Positions 1 through 10,742 are shown, counted from the stretch's first letter. The stretch is 64,000 nt of DNA from Fibrobacterales bacterium (GCA_051532055.1 JAOPTX010000007.1:200440-264439), one strand, 5' to 3'. Program-made: numbers and translations. The notes: generated from the letters alone by a model not told the origin.

Positions 1-1
1 G

Positions 2-1006
2 AAACTCCCTTTTGGCATCTATAATGAAAGTCGCGATGTTGACCTTGCAAAACAGACGATTGTCCTCGACCAGGGTGTCTATCCCGAAGACCTCAGATTA
101 CTCATCACCTCTGTTAGTGGTGGATCACTATATGGGATTGCAACCCTTGGAAATTTTGACTTCGACTACCAAGCTTATGGCGGTATCAGCAAAATAAATG
201 AGACCTATTACTGGACCAATGTTTCAGCACATAATAACAATTCTCCTAATTCAAAAATTAACAACATGAAACTCTATGGAGCGACAGGAAGTATCACCTA
301 TAATTCCCTCTACAAAGTTGGTGCATCATATACTCACAACTCAAATGATCTTACTCTAGAGAGTTCTGACATACTCGCAAACATTCCTGGTAAAGCCGGT
401 ATTGATTTACAACTTCAATCAATACTCCCTTTTGTTTTTCCTCTTGGACTCCCTGCGGTCCCTATGCCCTACATTAAAAATGGCTTGGAAAATGAACTAA
501 ACACCTACACCTTTTCAAGTGAAATCGCTCTCCATGACCGCCTCACCCTCGTAAGTGAATTTCAACTACTCACAATGAAATTCACCTATAGTAATGATGC
601 ACAGGACCTTATTTTAAAAGCATTTGAAGATGCGGGTATACAAGGTCAATTCCTTACGATGCCTATTGTTAATGGTGCATCACTTATTTCCCAATATACC
701 ACCCCCATTTCACCTCGTAATTACTCGCTGTACACCAATGCCCATCTACAATTGACCGAAAACCTAGGTAGCTCTTTGGGATATGCGTATAGAATCCTGA
801 AGCTAAATTCATCATTTGAATCCTATCGTAACACCGAGATGGACTATCTTATTGGACTCAACTATTTTCTTACCGACAACATTCTCATTAAGGCTGAGTA
901 CCACTATATTGATGGAAACATAAGTGCCTACCCTCCTATTGGTACAGATGAAACTTCCAAATCTAGAGGTCAGCTGATAATGGGCCGGATATCTTTTACC
1001 TTTTAA
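2..1006 (+). CDS. Outer-membrane beta-barrel/porin-like protein, 5'-truncated by the window edge
   Basis: The frame is open from nt 2 (KLPFGIYNESRDVDLAK...), well upstream of the ATG at 266. It ends in ILIKAEYHYIDG...GRISFTF, a beta-signal with terminal Phe. Confidence 0.7.
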   Translation, partial: KLPFGIYNESRDVDLAKQTIVLDQGVYPEDLRLLITSVSGGSLYGIATLGNFDFDYQAYGGISKINETYYWTNVSAHNNNSPNSKINNMKLYGATGSITYNSLYKVGASYTHNSNDLTLESSDILANIPGKAGIDLQLQSILPFVFPLGLPAVPMPYIKNGLENELNTYTFSSEIALHDRLTLVSEFQLLTMKFTYSNDAQDLILKAFEDAGIQGQFLTMPIVNGASLISQYTTPISPRNYSLYTNAHLQLTENLGSSLGYAYRILKLNSSFESYRNTEMDYLIGLNYFLTDNILIKAEYHYIDGNISAYPPIGTDETSKSRGQLIMGRISFTF

Positions 1007-1009
1007 TAA

Positions 1010-1034
1010 ACTACTCACTACTCACTACTCACTA
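1010..1034. repeat. Short tandem repeat (ACTACTC)x3.5
   Basis: actactc actactc actactc acta, read directly between the barrel gene and the kinase gene. Confidence 0.8.
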
Positions 1035-1049
1035 TAAACCGATGAAACT

Positions 1050-2666
1050 ATGACACTACGTACCAAATTTTTACTCGTTCTTATTCCTCTACTGGTAGTT
1101 TCACTTTCAGCAGTAATATTTGCGATCTATGGCAGTACTAATATTAAGGTCAAAACTGGGTTTGTTAAAAATGACATCTTTCCCATACTTAATAGAGCGG
1201 GCGCTCTGAACGATCATGTTAAAGCCACTAAGTCTGGTTTTGTCGATGCAATAAATGGCGATGAATTTTTTGCAGAACAAATAGCACAGACTCAAAGTGC
1301 CTTTAATATAGACATTGATACACTCTATAGTATCACTCAAGATTATGGCCTTAAAGAGATTAAAATCAATTACAATAATTTTGTCTCCATTGCTATCACT
1401 ACTGGCACTAAACTCGTAGAAAACCCAGATGAGTTTTCTGATGACATTAGTATTATTACAGAAAAAGCACAGATTCTTAGTATTCAAATTGAATCATATT
1501 TACAATCTAAAGAAAAGCAATTTGGCATAGCTCTACTCTCTATTGATGCATCTTCTGAAGACTTTGTAAATGCATTTGCCATCGTAGGTCTTTCACTTCT
1601 TATTGTGATGGTTATTCTCACGAGAATTATTCTCTCCTCCACCCGAACTATTCGTAACCTTGCAACTGACGCTGAAGGCCTCTCAAAGGGGGACCTCAAA
1701 AAAGAGATTGAAACCACTCGATCAGATGAGTTAGGTATTCTTCAAGGGAGCTTTGAACGCATGCGCTCATCTCTTAATGGACTTATCAATAACCTGGAGT
1801 CAAAAGTTGAAGACCGGACTAAAGATCTAAACCGAAAAAACAAAGCACTCAATGATACTCTCAGCAAACTAAAACAAGCACAAACGCAACTTATCCAGTC
1901 AGAAAAAATGGTTTCCCTAGGACAACTTACGGCCGGTATTGCTCACGAAATTAACAATCCCATTAATTTTGTTCTCAATGGTATAACTCCCCTTGAATCA
2001 AATATTGTAGACCTCTTTGATCTCATGAAACTCTATATACAGCATCATAAAGAACCATCTGAAGCTCTGACCGAAGAGATCGCAGAACTGAAAGATGACA
2101 TTGAATACGATGATCTTGAACCAGAAATCTTACAGCTCTGTAACAGTATTAAAATTGGTGCAAAACGCACTTCGGAAATTGTTAATGGTCTGCGAACCTT
2201 CTCACGTACTGACGAATCTGAGAAAAAATTAGCTGACATACACGAAGGTATTGATTCAACTCTTGCTATTCTCAATCCGAAAATGAAAGGCCGAGTTGAT
2301 GTTATAAAAGAGTATGGACCTGTTCCCTGTTTGGAATGTTTCCCTGGCCAACTGAATCAAGTGTTTATGAATATTCTTGCCAATGCTCATCAAGCTATTG
2401 GCGAAAACAAAGGAACCATCACTGTAGGAACAAAAAAGGTTGATGACACCCATATTGCAGTGACTATTACTGATTCAGGCCCCGGCATGACCGAAGAGAC
2501 TAAAGAGAAGATTTTTGAACCGTTCTTCACAACGAAAGATGTAGGAGAGGGGACAGGCCTCGGAATGTCAATAACTTTTGGTATTATTCAGAAACACAAA
2601 GGATCAATTACTATAGATTCGGAAATTGGTGTTGGCACAACTTTCACCATAACCCTTCCTATGTAA
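1050..2666 (+). CDS. HAMP-domain sensor histidine kinase (NtrB-like HisKA/HATPase)
   Basis: Two TM segments, HAMP ([13 protein letters not shown]), H-box [11 protein letters not shown]-box [11 protein letters not shown]1 DSGPGM, F-box FEPFFTTK, G2 GTGLGM. Confidence 0.92.
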   Translation: MTLRTKFLLVLIPLLVVSLSAVIFAIYGSTNIKVKTGFVKNDIFPILNRAGALNDHVKATKSGFVDAINGDEFFAEQIAQTQSAFNIDIDTLYSITQDYGLKEIKINYNNFVSIAITTGTKLVENPDEFSDDISIITEKAQILSIQIESYLQSKEKQFGIALLSIDASSEDFVNAFAIVGLSLLIVMVILTRIILSSTRTIRNLATDAEGLSKGDLKKEIETTRSDELGILQGSFERMRSSLNGLINNLESKVEDRTKDLNRKNKALNDTLSKLKQAQTQLIQSEKMVSLGQLTAGIAHEINNPINFVLNGITPLESNIVDLFDLMKLYIQHHKEPSEALTEEIAELKDDIEYDDLEPEILQLCNSIKIGAKRTSEIVNGLRTFSRTDESEKKLADIHEGIDSTLAILNPKMKGRVDVIKEYGPVPCLECFPGQLNQVFMNILANAHQAIGENKGTITVGTKKVDDTHIAVTITDSGPGMTEETKEKIFEPFFTTKDVGEGTGLGMSITFGIIQKHKGSITIDSEIGVGTTFTITLPM

Positions 2667-2668
2667 CT

Positions 2669-4168
2669 TCAATATATAAGTGGTAGACTAAAACAGATAG
2701 TTGTCCCTCTATCTGTCCCTTCACTCTTTGCCTCTATCGTACCCTTACATTCATGCGCTATGTTTGCTGCATTATGAAGCCCAAAACCTGCACGCTCTTT
2801 TGTTGAGTACCCGAGTCCAAAAATAGTTGTCAGCTTTTCCTGATCAATACCAACCCCATTATCAGACACACACGTATTTATTGATGCATCTATTACTTCA
2901 ATATCAATCATGATTGACTTATCATGCGCTATCCCTTCAAGTGCTTCCATAGCGTTCACAATTAGTGCGTTCATAATCACCGTAAAGCTACTCATATTGA
3001 GAGCAACAATACCATCACTTGAACTCTCAATTCGATACGCAATATCTCTTTGCTCTAACTCAAATACATGAATATCCAGGACACTCTCCACACACTCTCG
3101 CAGTGTGATATCCTCACGAATATAGCTACTTAATCTACTTCTATCCTGCTCTTCAATAACCCCTTTCATTGTTTTAAGAAGCGACATTATTTGCTGAGTA
3201 CTGTGTTGTGCAACTTGTAGTTCATCTTGTAGAGAGTCGTCAAGTGAAAGATAATACTCTGCAAGAGTTTTACTTTTGGGATTATGGAGGATAAAATCCT
3301 CCAAATTACCAGCATGAGATTTTAAAAGCTCATTTGCCTGAAACAATTTTTGCAAAGAGTTATTGTTCAATAGATCATCAAGAGATTCAGCCCGCACCAA
3401 AAGACTATTAAGTATGTTCCCTTGGTTGTGAAGTATTGAAGTTACCACCTCATTACGTCCTTTAAAGTGTGCTGCATCTACGAGTTTTTCCTGTGCTTCT
3501 TTAAGAGCTAAGGTCCTTTGTTTAACCTTCTCTTCAAGATCCTCATTGAGGACTTGAACCTTTAATTGCTCTTCAAGTGCCTTTTCAAGTGCCCTATTGA
3601 ATAACTTATAAATAGCTGTAGCAACTAGATACAACAGTACAATAGACAGTATTCCATCCCCTAAAAATTCTGCTGCAGTCCTTTCATTTAAAAAACCTTT
3701 TGTAAAAGCGTTCTTTGTATAAAGAACCAATGCACCTATGTTCGCCAAATAAAATAGTATTGAAAATAGTGCAATTGGATTTACAAAAATTGAAAGGAAA
3801 AGAAACACTAGCACAAACTGAAATGAATCTGCAGAGCTTAATATATCTGTTCCAATATTAAGCTCCATAAATATAATCAACCAAGCTACCACATTTGGAA
3901 TAATGACGAACATGTATGATGTTACTTTAAATTTTCCAATCCTCAGTAACCATTGCATGATAAGTATTGCTACAATACCATAGATAAACGGGATAAATAT
4001 AGAGAGATCAGGGCTATTAGATACAATGGAATAATAAATTACAATAAGCGGTGTAACAACAAACAGGCCCAAAGAAAAAATATTTATCAACCGCGCTAAA
4101 TGCCGCGTCCGATAATCTGCCCCATCATACACCCGAGGCACGCCAAAGAGTCGTTTATTCCATTTCAT
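2669..4168 (-). CDS. Membrane sensor histidine kinase
   Basis: Multi-TM N-terminus, H-box ILHNQGNILN, NAMEA, DNGVGI, GFGLHNAA. Confidence 0.85.
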   Translation of the reverse strand: MKWNKRLFGVPRVYDGADYRTRHLARLINIFSLGLFVVTPLIVIYYSIVSNSPDLSIFIPFIYGIVAILIMQWLLRIGKFKVTSYMFVIIPNVVAWLIIFMELNIGTDILSSADSFQFVLVFLFLSIFVNPIALFSILFYLANIGALVLYTKNAFTKGFLNERTAAEFLGDGILSIVLLYLVATAIYKLFNRALEKALEEQLKVQVLNEDLEEKVKQRTLALKEAQEKLVDAAHFKGRNEVVTSILHNQGNILNSLLVRAESLDDLLNNNSLQKLFQANELLKSHAGNLEDFILHNPKSKTLAEYYLSLDDSLQDELQVAQHSTQQIMSLLKTMKGVIEEQDRSRLSSYIREDITLRECVESVLDIHVFELEQRDIAYRIESSSDGIVALNMSSFTVIMNALIVNAMEALEGIAHDKSIMIDIEVIDASINTCVSDNGVGIDQEKLTTIFGLGYSTKERAGFGLHNAANIAHECKGTIEAKSEGTDRGTTICFSLPLIY

Positions 4169-4298
4169 TCAATCTCAATTACAACACACTATTATATCAT
4201 AAAAACAAAATGAATGCAAAAGCCACCCAGCTATGTTTAACTAAAATGTTAATGAATAATCAAGTAAAAGTAATGTCTGCCCATAGGGCAAACGAACA

Positions 4299-4413
4299 AA
4301 TACAAATTTCGACAAAGAGTAGGTAGATTCAAGGCGGAGCAACCGCAGGCGTACAAATGGTACATCAAGAGAACTCCAACATCTAAGATGCCTGCTCTTT
4401 GCCGAAATGTATT
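4299..4413. mobile_element. ERIC/IRU-like miniature inverted-repeat element, copy 1
   Basis: Imperfect terminal IRs (aatacaaatttcgacaaagagtagg / cctgctctttgccgaaatgtatt) around a CAAGGCG...GCGTAC-aaatg-GTAC...CAAC core. Confidence 0.6.
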
Positions 4414-5548
4414 AGAAGGCTTCGCGGATGTAGACCGTCAAGCTCAGACCTGATTTTTGTACATACGAAATATCAGCCCGTACATTGAACTTATTTTGAG
4501 GGTTGAGCGCCACCCGCCCCCCAAGGCCAATTGAGTAGAGGGTCTCACCCATTTTAAAATCTGACTCTTGCCCCCACACCTGAAAGGCTTCGGCAAAGGT
4601 AACCATCCCCAGGCGCCACCAAAGTTCGCGTCGATATTCAGCTCCAACACTTATGAGATTATTATCACGATAGCGCCCTGATTCAACGCCTCTCATCTCA
4701 TACACACCATCAGGTGTGGCAAGGCTCCGAAACGGGATCGCATCTCCATAATTAACATGATTATGTACCATTGTTGCAATTGCTCCCGAAGAACCAACAG
4801 GAAAATATTTAGACGCTTTAAATCGGTATTTAAAGAAATTGAATTCACTACCAAAATTTTTATGGTACCCAAAGGTTTCTAGTTTGACATATTCACCTTC
4901 AGTAGCCCAATATTGATGATTTTTATTATCATACGTCATAATAAAACCAAAACCATTAGTACGGGCACCATGGCCACCAACTGTTGTTGGGTTATCAAGA
5001 ATGCTCCCACTCTCTTTGGGGGTAATATCTTCCTCTGTGAACTCCATAGTTACTCCAGCATATAAACCGGGAAAAAATTCTTTTTCAAGTAAAAACTGAA
5101 CACCATAATTGGTTGCATCAAAAGCAGTGGAATCTTCTTTGCCACTCATCCCTATGCCATAATAATTTGCAGGCCAGATGCTATAAAAGAAATATGTCTG
5201 CATGTGGTATGTTCCCCAATACATATCGGGCTTTGCAGAAACTTCCATCTGATTTTTTAGAGTGTAAAATGCAGCAGTCTCAACTGATGACGCATTATCA
5301 TTCGGCTGTTCTGGTTTAAAAAAGTGTGCTGCAAAAACTCCTAACCGCCATGAGGTTTCTGTTGAAGAGACTATTATTGGGAGGAGTGCCCATTTTTGAA
5401 ATTCCTCCTCACTCTTCTCAAGTACTGAGTCTTCTTCACTCTCTTGTAGATTTACTTCAATAGTAACTCTAGTAGTATCATTTGTGGTTTGCGACCACCC
5501 CATTGAAATGAGACCCAGAATTACTCCGATACACCATTGATTCTTCAT
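4412..5548 (-). CDS. Omp85 (BamA/TamA) family outer-membrane barrel, apparently without POTRA domains
   Basis: Signal peptide, MRGVESGRYRDNN lid-loop motif, C-terminal VYIREAF; only 378 aa. Confidence 0.75.
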   Translation of the reverse strand: MKNQWCIGVILGLISMGWSQTTNDTTRVTIEVNLQESEEDSVLEKSEEEFQKWALLPIIVSSTETSWRLGVFAAHFFKPEQPNDNASSVETAAFYTLKNQMEVSAKPDMYWGTYHMQTYFFYSIWPANYYGIGMSGKEDSTAFDATNYGVQFLLEKEFFPGLYAGVTMEFTEEDITPKESGSILDNPTTVGGHGARTNGFGFIMTYDNKNHQYWATEGEYVKLETFGYHKNFGSEFNFFKYRFKASKYFPVGSSGAIATMVHNHVNYGDAIPFRSLATPDGVYEMRGVESGRYRDNNLISVGAEYRRELWWRLGMVTFAEAFQVWGQESDFKMGETLYSIGLGGRVALNPQNKFNVRADISYVQKSGLSLTVYIREAF

Positions 5549-5551
5549 CTC

Positions 5552-6571
5552 TTAATCCTCAGTCTCATCAGGAAATTGTTCACGTAATTTATACAAACAA
5601 TCTTGGAGTGAAGAACGAATCTCACCCACAGTTTTTTTCATAACCATACTTGCTGTTTGTTCAGGTTCTTCATTGCGAAGTCCTTGACGTATTTTGCCAT
5701 AGATCATATCATAGAGCTTATTGATCCGACTCTTCCAGTCACCGGTATAACTCCACTTCACTTTCAGCAAATTCATATCTGACTTTTTCCATAATTTAAC
5801 TGCTGTAGGAAAGGCAATATCAAGGATTGCCGAAATCAAAACAATATTTGGGTCATTAAACCCATTCTTCCGTTCACCAGAGTTTATATAAAACTCACAT
5901 TCATCGCGGGTAAAGTATTTTTCAAGTAGGCCAAGCGCTTCCGCAGTCTCTTCCACATCACTTGAAAACACAGTAAAACCAGCGTCACAGTTACTATCCC
6001 AATCATTGGCAAAACGGGGTAACAATATACCCAGTTGTTGATGCATCAATTTAAAATGAGTAAACAAACAGAATCTTCCATCAACAAATCGATCGAGGGT
6101 AAAAAACAGTCCATCAAGTTTCACATGCATCGACGAAGGTAAATCCCTCCCATGTTCTTGTTCATGAGATTTTTGTAGAAAAGCAAGAGCTCCCTTCCAA
6201 TCAAACTCAGTTCGATCATGTGCGAATGAAGGAGCGCCAATCTCTTCATTACAGATAACACATACTTGAGGTGCTTCTGATGAGATATCAACTGAAAATG
6301 AATGACCACACTTCCGGCAGACAATATAAAATGAGTCCATGTTCCTATTGAGAAGCTTTGCATCATGCTCTAATCTGAGTGCCGAATTACCCAGTGTGCG
6401 ATACGCATCATTTATCAAAAGCATTTTACTCGATGCAATTTGCTTAATCTCAACACCCAGTGTTGCAACTTTGTCAGGGTGATACTGTTTGCTTTTATTT
6501 CGATAAGCTGTATGTATCTCATCCTGAATAGCATCAGACGCTATTCCCAATAGTTTATAGTAATCTACCAT
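5552..6571 (-). CDS. J-domain (DnaJ-like) protein with Zn-ribbon
   Basis: DYYKLLG...YHPDK J-domain followed by CRKC...CVIC. Likely start is the ATG at 6571, just after the galE stop. Confidence 0.8.
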   Translation of the reverse strand: MVDYYKLLGIASDAIQDEIHTAYRNKSKQYHPDKVATLGVEIKQIASSKMLLINDAYRTLGNSALRLEHDAKLLNRNMDSFYIVCRKCGHSFSVDISSEAPQVCVICNEEIGAPSFAHDRTEFDWKGALAFLQKSHEQEHGRDLPSSMHVKLDGLFFTLDRFVDGRFCLFTHFKLMHQQLGILLPRFANDWDSNCDAGFTVFSSDVEETAEALGLLEKYFTRDECEFYINSGERKNGFNDPNIVLISAILDIAFPTAVKLWKKSDMNLLKVKWSYTGDWKSRINKLYDMIYGKIRQGLRNEEPEQTASMVMKKTVGEIRSSLQDCLYKLREQFPDETED

Positions 6572-6576
6572 AGTAC

Positions 6577-7572
6577 TCACGTATTTTTTACCACTCCATT
6601 TGCCAAGTATGCATTCCAAGTAGATTCTAAAAGAGTCTTCACATCACTACACTCTGCCTTCCAACCAAGAAGATCAAATGCTTTCTGAGACGAAGCATAC
6701 AGATCTGCAGGGTCGCCCGCGCGCCTTCCCACAATATCATAAGCAATATCTCGGCCTGTAATCTCTTTTGCGGTATTGATCATCTCAAGTACACTGACAC
6801 CATTTCCAGTACCTAAATTTACCGTCAAACTTTTATTCTCTTTTTCAATATATTGAAGACTCATAACATGGGCACGAGCTAGGTCTGTTACATGGATATA
6901 ATCACGAACACCAGTCCCATCAACCGTATCATAGTCATCACCAAATACCATTAATTTCTCACGCATACCCGCTGCAGCCTCCATCACCACAGGGAGTAAA
7001 TTTGCGGGTCCTTTTTCAAGACCACTACATTCACCGGTCACATCATATCCTGCGGCATTAAAATAGCGGAGTGCTGCAAACCTCACCCCTTTAAGTTCGT
7101 CATACCACTTCATGAAACGTTCAATTTCGAGTTTCGTAAAACCGTAATAATTCTCAGGATTAGTAGGATGATTTTCATCCATAGGGAGGTACTCAGGTGC
7201 ACCATAAGTCGCTGCTGAAGATGAGAAAACAATCGCCTTAATACCACATTCAGAACAAGCATTTAAAATATTGACTGAACCTGTAATATTATTCACTGAA
7301 TATTTTTCCGGAGCCTCCATTGACTCACCAGCAGCTTTCAATGCTGCAAGATGTATCACTGCATCAATTTTTTTACTCTTCATTGTCTCAACGAGTGTAT
7401 CATAATCAAGAATATCAGCTTCAACGAGAGTTGAGTCACGAAGAATATTTGACTTAAAACCCGATGATAAATTGTCGTATACTACAACGTTATATTCATT
7501 ATCAAGAAGTTCTTTTGAAACATGTGAGCCAATATATCCTGCTCCGCCAATTACTAATACGTTTTTCATCAC
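6577..7572 (-). CDS. galE: UDP-glucose 4-epimerase
   Basis: GGAGYIGSH, YGFTK (YxxxK), LRYFNAAG, DGTGVRDYIHV. Confidence 0.93.
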   Translation of the reverse strand: MMKNVLVIGGAGYIGSHVSKELLDNEYNVVVYDNLSSGFKSNILRDSTLVEADILDYDTLVETMKSKKIDAVIHLAALKAAGESMEAPEKYSVNNITGSVNILNACSECGIKAIVFSSSAATYGAPEYLPMDENHPTNPENYYGFTKLEIERFMKWYDELKGVRFAALRYFNAAGYDVTGECSGLEKGPANLLPVVMEAAAGMREKLMVFGDDYDTVDGTGVRDYIHVTDLARAHVMSLQYIEKENKSLTVNLGTGNGVSVLEMINTAKEITGRDIAYDIVGRRAGDPADLYASSQKAFDLLGWKAECSDVKTLLESTWNAYLANGVVKNT

Positions 7573-7632
7573 TTACCTTATTGAGAGTAAGTTATACGCT
7601 ATGTTACTTACCCATTTGGTTACATTTATACT

Positions 7633-8760
7633 ATGCAGTGTCCAAAATGTCATACTCAACAAACACAGAAGAGTCAAACCTGCTCATGCTGTGGTGCTCC
7701 ACTCAATCCCTATCGTACCCTCATTGGGATAGTGGGGTTGGTAATTGCACTTGTCACCGCACTCTTTCTCTTAAATATGCATAATTCTATAGAGGAATAC
7801 CCCAAATTTGCCCAAAAATTGCCTGATTCGGCAACAATTGACACAATTGATATGCACCAAGAGAGCATGACCAGGCTCTGGAATGCAGGAAATTATGAAG
7901 AAGCTTTTCAGCATGCACTCGCGGTACATCGTCACGATTCACTCAATGCTACTTCTCGCTACATTCAAGCACTTTTTTGGTTTAAAACAGGGAATATTGA
8001 TCGTTCCCTCAGAATATTCTCAACCATACAATCCGATACTATCTATAGTGACAATGCGCTCACTTGGATCAATAAAATTAAACTTAAACAGGCTGAACGT
8101 GACAGACTCAGCCACTGTGCCTCTGAACATTTCTTTATCCGTTATGAGGGGTCAACTGCTTTTACCTATTGTGACACCCTTATCATTCTTTTTGAAAAGG
8201 CAGCAGCAACCCTTTCACAGGCCCTCAACTATTACCCTATGGATCCCTTTGAAGTGGTACTCTTTAATGATCCTATATTTAAAGGGCTGCACACTATTCC
8301 CGAGTGGGCTGCCGCTCACTTTGATGGAACCATTCGAATCCCCATCCAATCTCTCAATACCTATCCATCACTCAATACATTAGTCACTCACGAACTCACC
8401 CATGCTTATCTTTCACATATAAACCCTCTTATTCCCTCATGGATTCACGAAGGAACGGCTCAATATTTTGATCAATCCGAGAGAGACTCAACAGTATTGA
8501 CCACAATGACTTGGCCCACACCATCTACGATACAATTCTCATTTTCTACAGTGACTAAACATTCACCCATCTCCCTTCGGTACCACATCGCGGCCCAATT
8601 AATCACCACACTTTTTATTGACAACCCTATCCAACTCTTTAAGCCATTTCTCAAGGAGTACGATAAGGACGCCCCCAATGACGCCCTCAAAAAGCACTAT
8701 GATATTACCTTTGAAAAGCTATATTCTGTAACACACGCTCGTTGGAGACTTAAAGAATGA
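7633..8760 (+). CDS. Zn-ribbon/TM/TPR protein with gluzincin (peptidase MA-like) domain
   Basis: CPKC...CSCC, a TM segment, TPR-like helices, HELTH plus WIHEG. The stop overlaps the asnS start (ATGA). Confidence 0.7.
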   Translation: MQCPKCHTQQTQKSQTCSCCGAPLNPYRTLIGIVGLVIALVTALFLLNMHNSIEEYPKFAQKLPDSATIDTIDMHQESMTRLWNAGNYEEAFQHALAVHRHDSLNATSRYIQALFWFKTGNIDRSLRIFSTIQSDTIYSDNALTWINKIKLKQAERDRLSHCASEHFFIRYEGSTAFTYCDTLIILFEKAAATLSQALNYYPMDPFEVVLFNDPIFKGLHTIPEWAAAHFDGTIRIPIQSLNTYPSLNTLVTHELTHAYLSHINPLIPSWIHEGTAQYFDQSERDSTVLTTMTWPTPSTIQFSFSTVTKHSPISLRYHIAAQLITTLFIDNPIQLFKPFLKEYDKDAPNDALKKHYDITFEKLYSVTHARWRLKE

Positions 8761-10049
8761 CTGAAACAACTATTGCAAAACTTCCCGAACATATCGACAC
8801 CGAAATAACATTATTTGGTTGGGCATGGCATCAGCGCGGAAGTGGCAAAGTCCGATTCATAAAGGTTCGCGATGGAAGCGGCTTTGTTCAAGCTGTCATT
8901 GGGAAAGAGGATGTGGGCGAAGCACTTTTTGAAGTTGCACGACATATTTCTCAGGAATCTTCTATTAAAGTTGTCGCTACTGTCGTTGCAAATGACCGAG
9001 ACCCTCTTGGTGTTGAACTTCTCGTTTCACATATTGAAGTAATTAGCGAGTCCAAAGACTACCCTATTACCCCTAAAGAGCATGGTACCGATTTTTTAAT
9101 GGACAATCGCCACCTTTGGCTCAGGTCTCCTCGTCAGCATGCCATCCTCCAAGTACGTCATCAGATTATCACTTCAATTCGGAGCTATTTTGATACTGAT
9201 GGATTCACCTTAGTTGATGCCCCTATTTTCACTCCAAATGCCTGTGAAGGAACCAGTACACTCTTCGAAACTGACTATTTTGGACAATCAGCCTACCTCT
9301 CTCAGAGCGGACAACTCTACATGGAAGCTGCAGCAATGGCAGTGGGAAAAGCTTATTGCCTTGGCCCAACCTTTAGAGCAGAAAATTCAAATACACGTCG
9401 TCACCTCACTGAATTCTGGATGGTTGAACCTGAAGTTGCCCATCTCGAGCTTGATGGCGATATGGATCTAGCTGAAGGTCTTTTACAAAAAATCATTACT
9501 GATGTTTTAGCCAACTGTGCCATCCAACTTGACACTCTTAAGCGAGACACTGATCTACTTAAAAAGAGCCTCACCCCCTTTGCCCGTATCTCCTACGACG
9601 ATGCAGTCGCCATTTTAAAAGCAGAAGGGATCGATTTTACTTGGGGCGCTGATTTTGGTGGCGGTGATGAAACTGTTATCTCAAGTAAATTTGACACTCC
9701 TGTCATTGTACACCGCTACCCTGTGGACATCAAACCATTTTATATGAAAAAAGACCCTGAGAACTCTAAAGTATGCCTTAATATGGATATCCTTGCGCCA
9801 GAAGGATATGGTGAAATTATCGGAGGTAGTGAACGTGAAGCATCTCTCGATGTACTTCTTGAAGGTATCAAAAAACATGATCTTGATCCTCAACTATTTG
9901 ACTGGTATCTTGACCTCCGGAAATATGGTTCAGTCCCTCATGCCGGATTTGGCTTAGGAATTGAGCGTACCGTCGCATGGGTATGTGGCCTTTCTCATGT
10001 GAGAGAAACCATCCCCTTTCCTCGACTACCTCGAAGAATTCGCCCTTAA
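8757..10049 (+). CDS. asnS: Asparagine--tRNA ligase
   Basis: YLSQSGQLYME, GPTFRAENSNTRRHLTEFWMVEPE, GEIIGGSERE, PHAGFGLGIER. Confidence 0.95.
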   Translation: MTETTIAKLPEHIDTEITLFGWAWHQRGSGKVRFIKVRDGSGFVQAVIGKEDVGEALFEVARHISQESSIKVVATVVANDRDPLGVELLVSHIEVISESKDYPITPKEHGTDFLMDNRHLWLRSPRQHAILQVRHQIITSIRSYFDTDGFTLVDAPIFTPNACEGTSTLFETDYFGQSAYLSQSGQLYMEAAAMAVGKAYCLGPTFRAENSNTRRHLTEFWMVEPEVAHLELDGDMDLAEGLLQKIITDVLANCAIQLDTLKRDTDLLKKSLTPFARISYDDAVAILKAEGIDFTWGADFGGGDETVISSKFDTPVIVHRYPVDIKPFYMKKDPENSKVCLNMDILAPEGYGEIIGGSEREASLDVLLEGIKKHDLDPQLFDWYLDLRKYGSVPHAGFGLGIERTVAWVCGLSHVRETIPFPRLPRRIRP

Positions 10050-10163
10050 ATTTCACATAAAAGTGGTTAATGTAAGCCATTTTTGAGCAATACAAGGCAA
10101 TTAATAGCCTCTTTTCATTCATTTTGTTATTTTATATCCAACAGAATAACCATGGTAAATCCA

Positions 10164-10691
10164 ATGAAATTTATTGTACTCCTTATTGCGGCACTCCTTA
10201 CAACTACCGTGAGTGCACAACGTCTCCCTGTAGAAGTTACTGGACCTATTCCAGAAATTGATAAAAACGGCATTGAGCAGGTAATGAATTTTAAAGTACC
10301 CCTTGCAGGTATTTCCGATCAAGGTCTCAAATTTGATACCTTCAAAAACCGCCCTCTCTTTATCTTCTACTTCTCAGCAAAATGTCCTCACTGTGTTAAA
10401 ACATTCCCAAAAATTCAAAAAGTTTCTGACGAGTTTACCGCTAAAGGCCTTACTACTATTGCTGTAGCCGTATCGGGTAATAAAAAGTCAGACATTAGAT
10501 CATTCATGAGAGATGTTGGTGTACGCGTTCCTATGCTCCAAGATAAAGATCGTAAATTTTCTGATGCTTATGGAACAGGAAGTGTTCCTCTTGGTGTATT
10601 GGTACTCCCTGATGGACACTATATCCGCTACAAAAATATGGGCGCTGAAATCGAGCATTTGAAAAACAAACTCAACGACATTTTGAAATAA
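10164..10691 (+). CDS. Exported TlpA/redoxin-family thiol-disulfide protein
   Basis: Signal peptide MKFIVLL..., CPHC motif, cis-Pro region GSVP. Confidence 0.8.
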   Translation: MKFIVLLIAALLTTTVSAQRLPVEVTGPIPEIDKNGIEQVMNFKVPLAGISDQGLKFDTFKNRPLFIFYFSAKCPHCVKTFPKIQKVSDEFTAKGLTTIAVAVSGNKKSDIRSFMRDVGVRVPMLQDKDRKFSDAYGTGSVPLGVLVLPDGHYIRYKNMGAEIEHLKNKLNDILK

Positions 10692-10712
10692 CACTCCCAC
10701 GAATTTTATCAT

Positions 10713-10742
10713 AAAATGCTGCTCTCAAAGGCGGCATTTTTT
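10713..10742 (+). terminator. Rho-independent terminator
   Basis: aaaatgctgc-loop-gcggcatttttt after the redoxin gene. Confidence 0.7.

Noticed and set aside
12..197. 61-aa ORF and the other short ORFs nested in or antisense to well-supported genes
   Set aside because: They overlap longer motif-bearing CDSs in other frames and show no independent signal.
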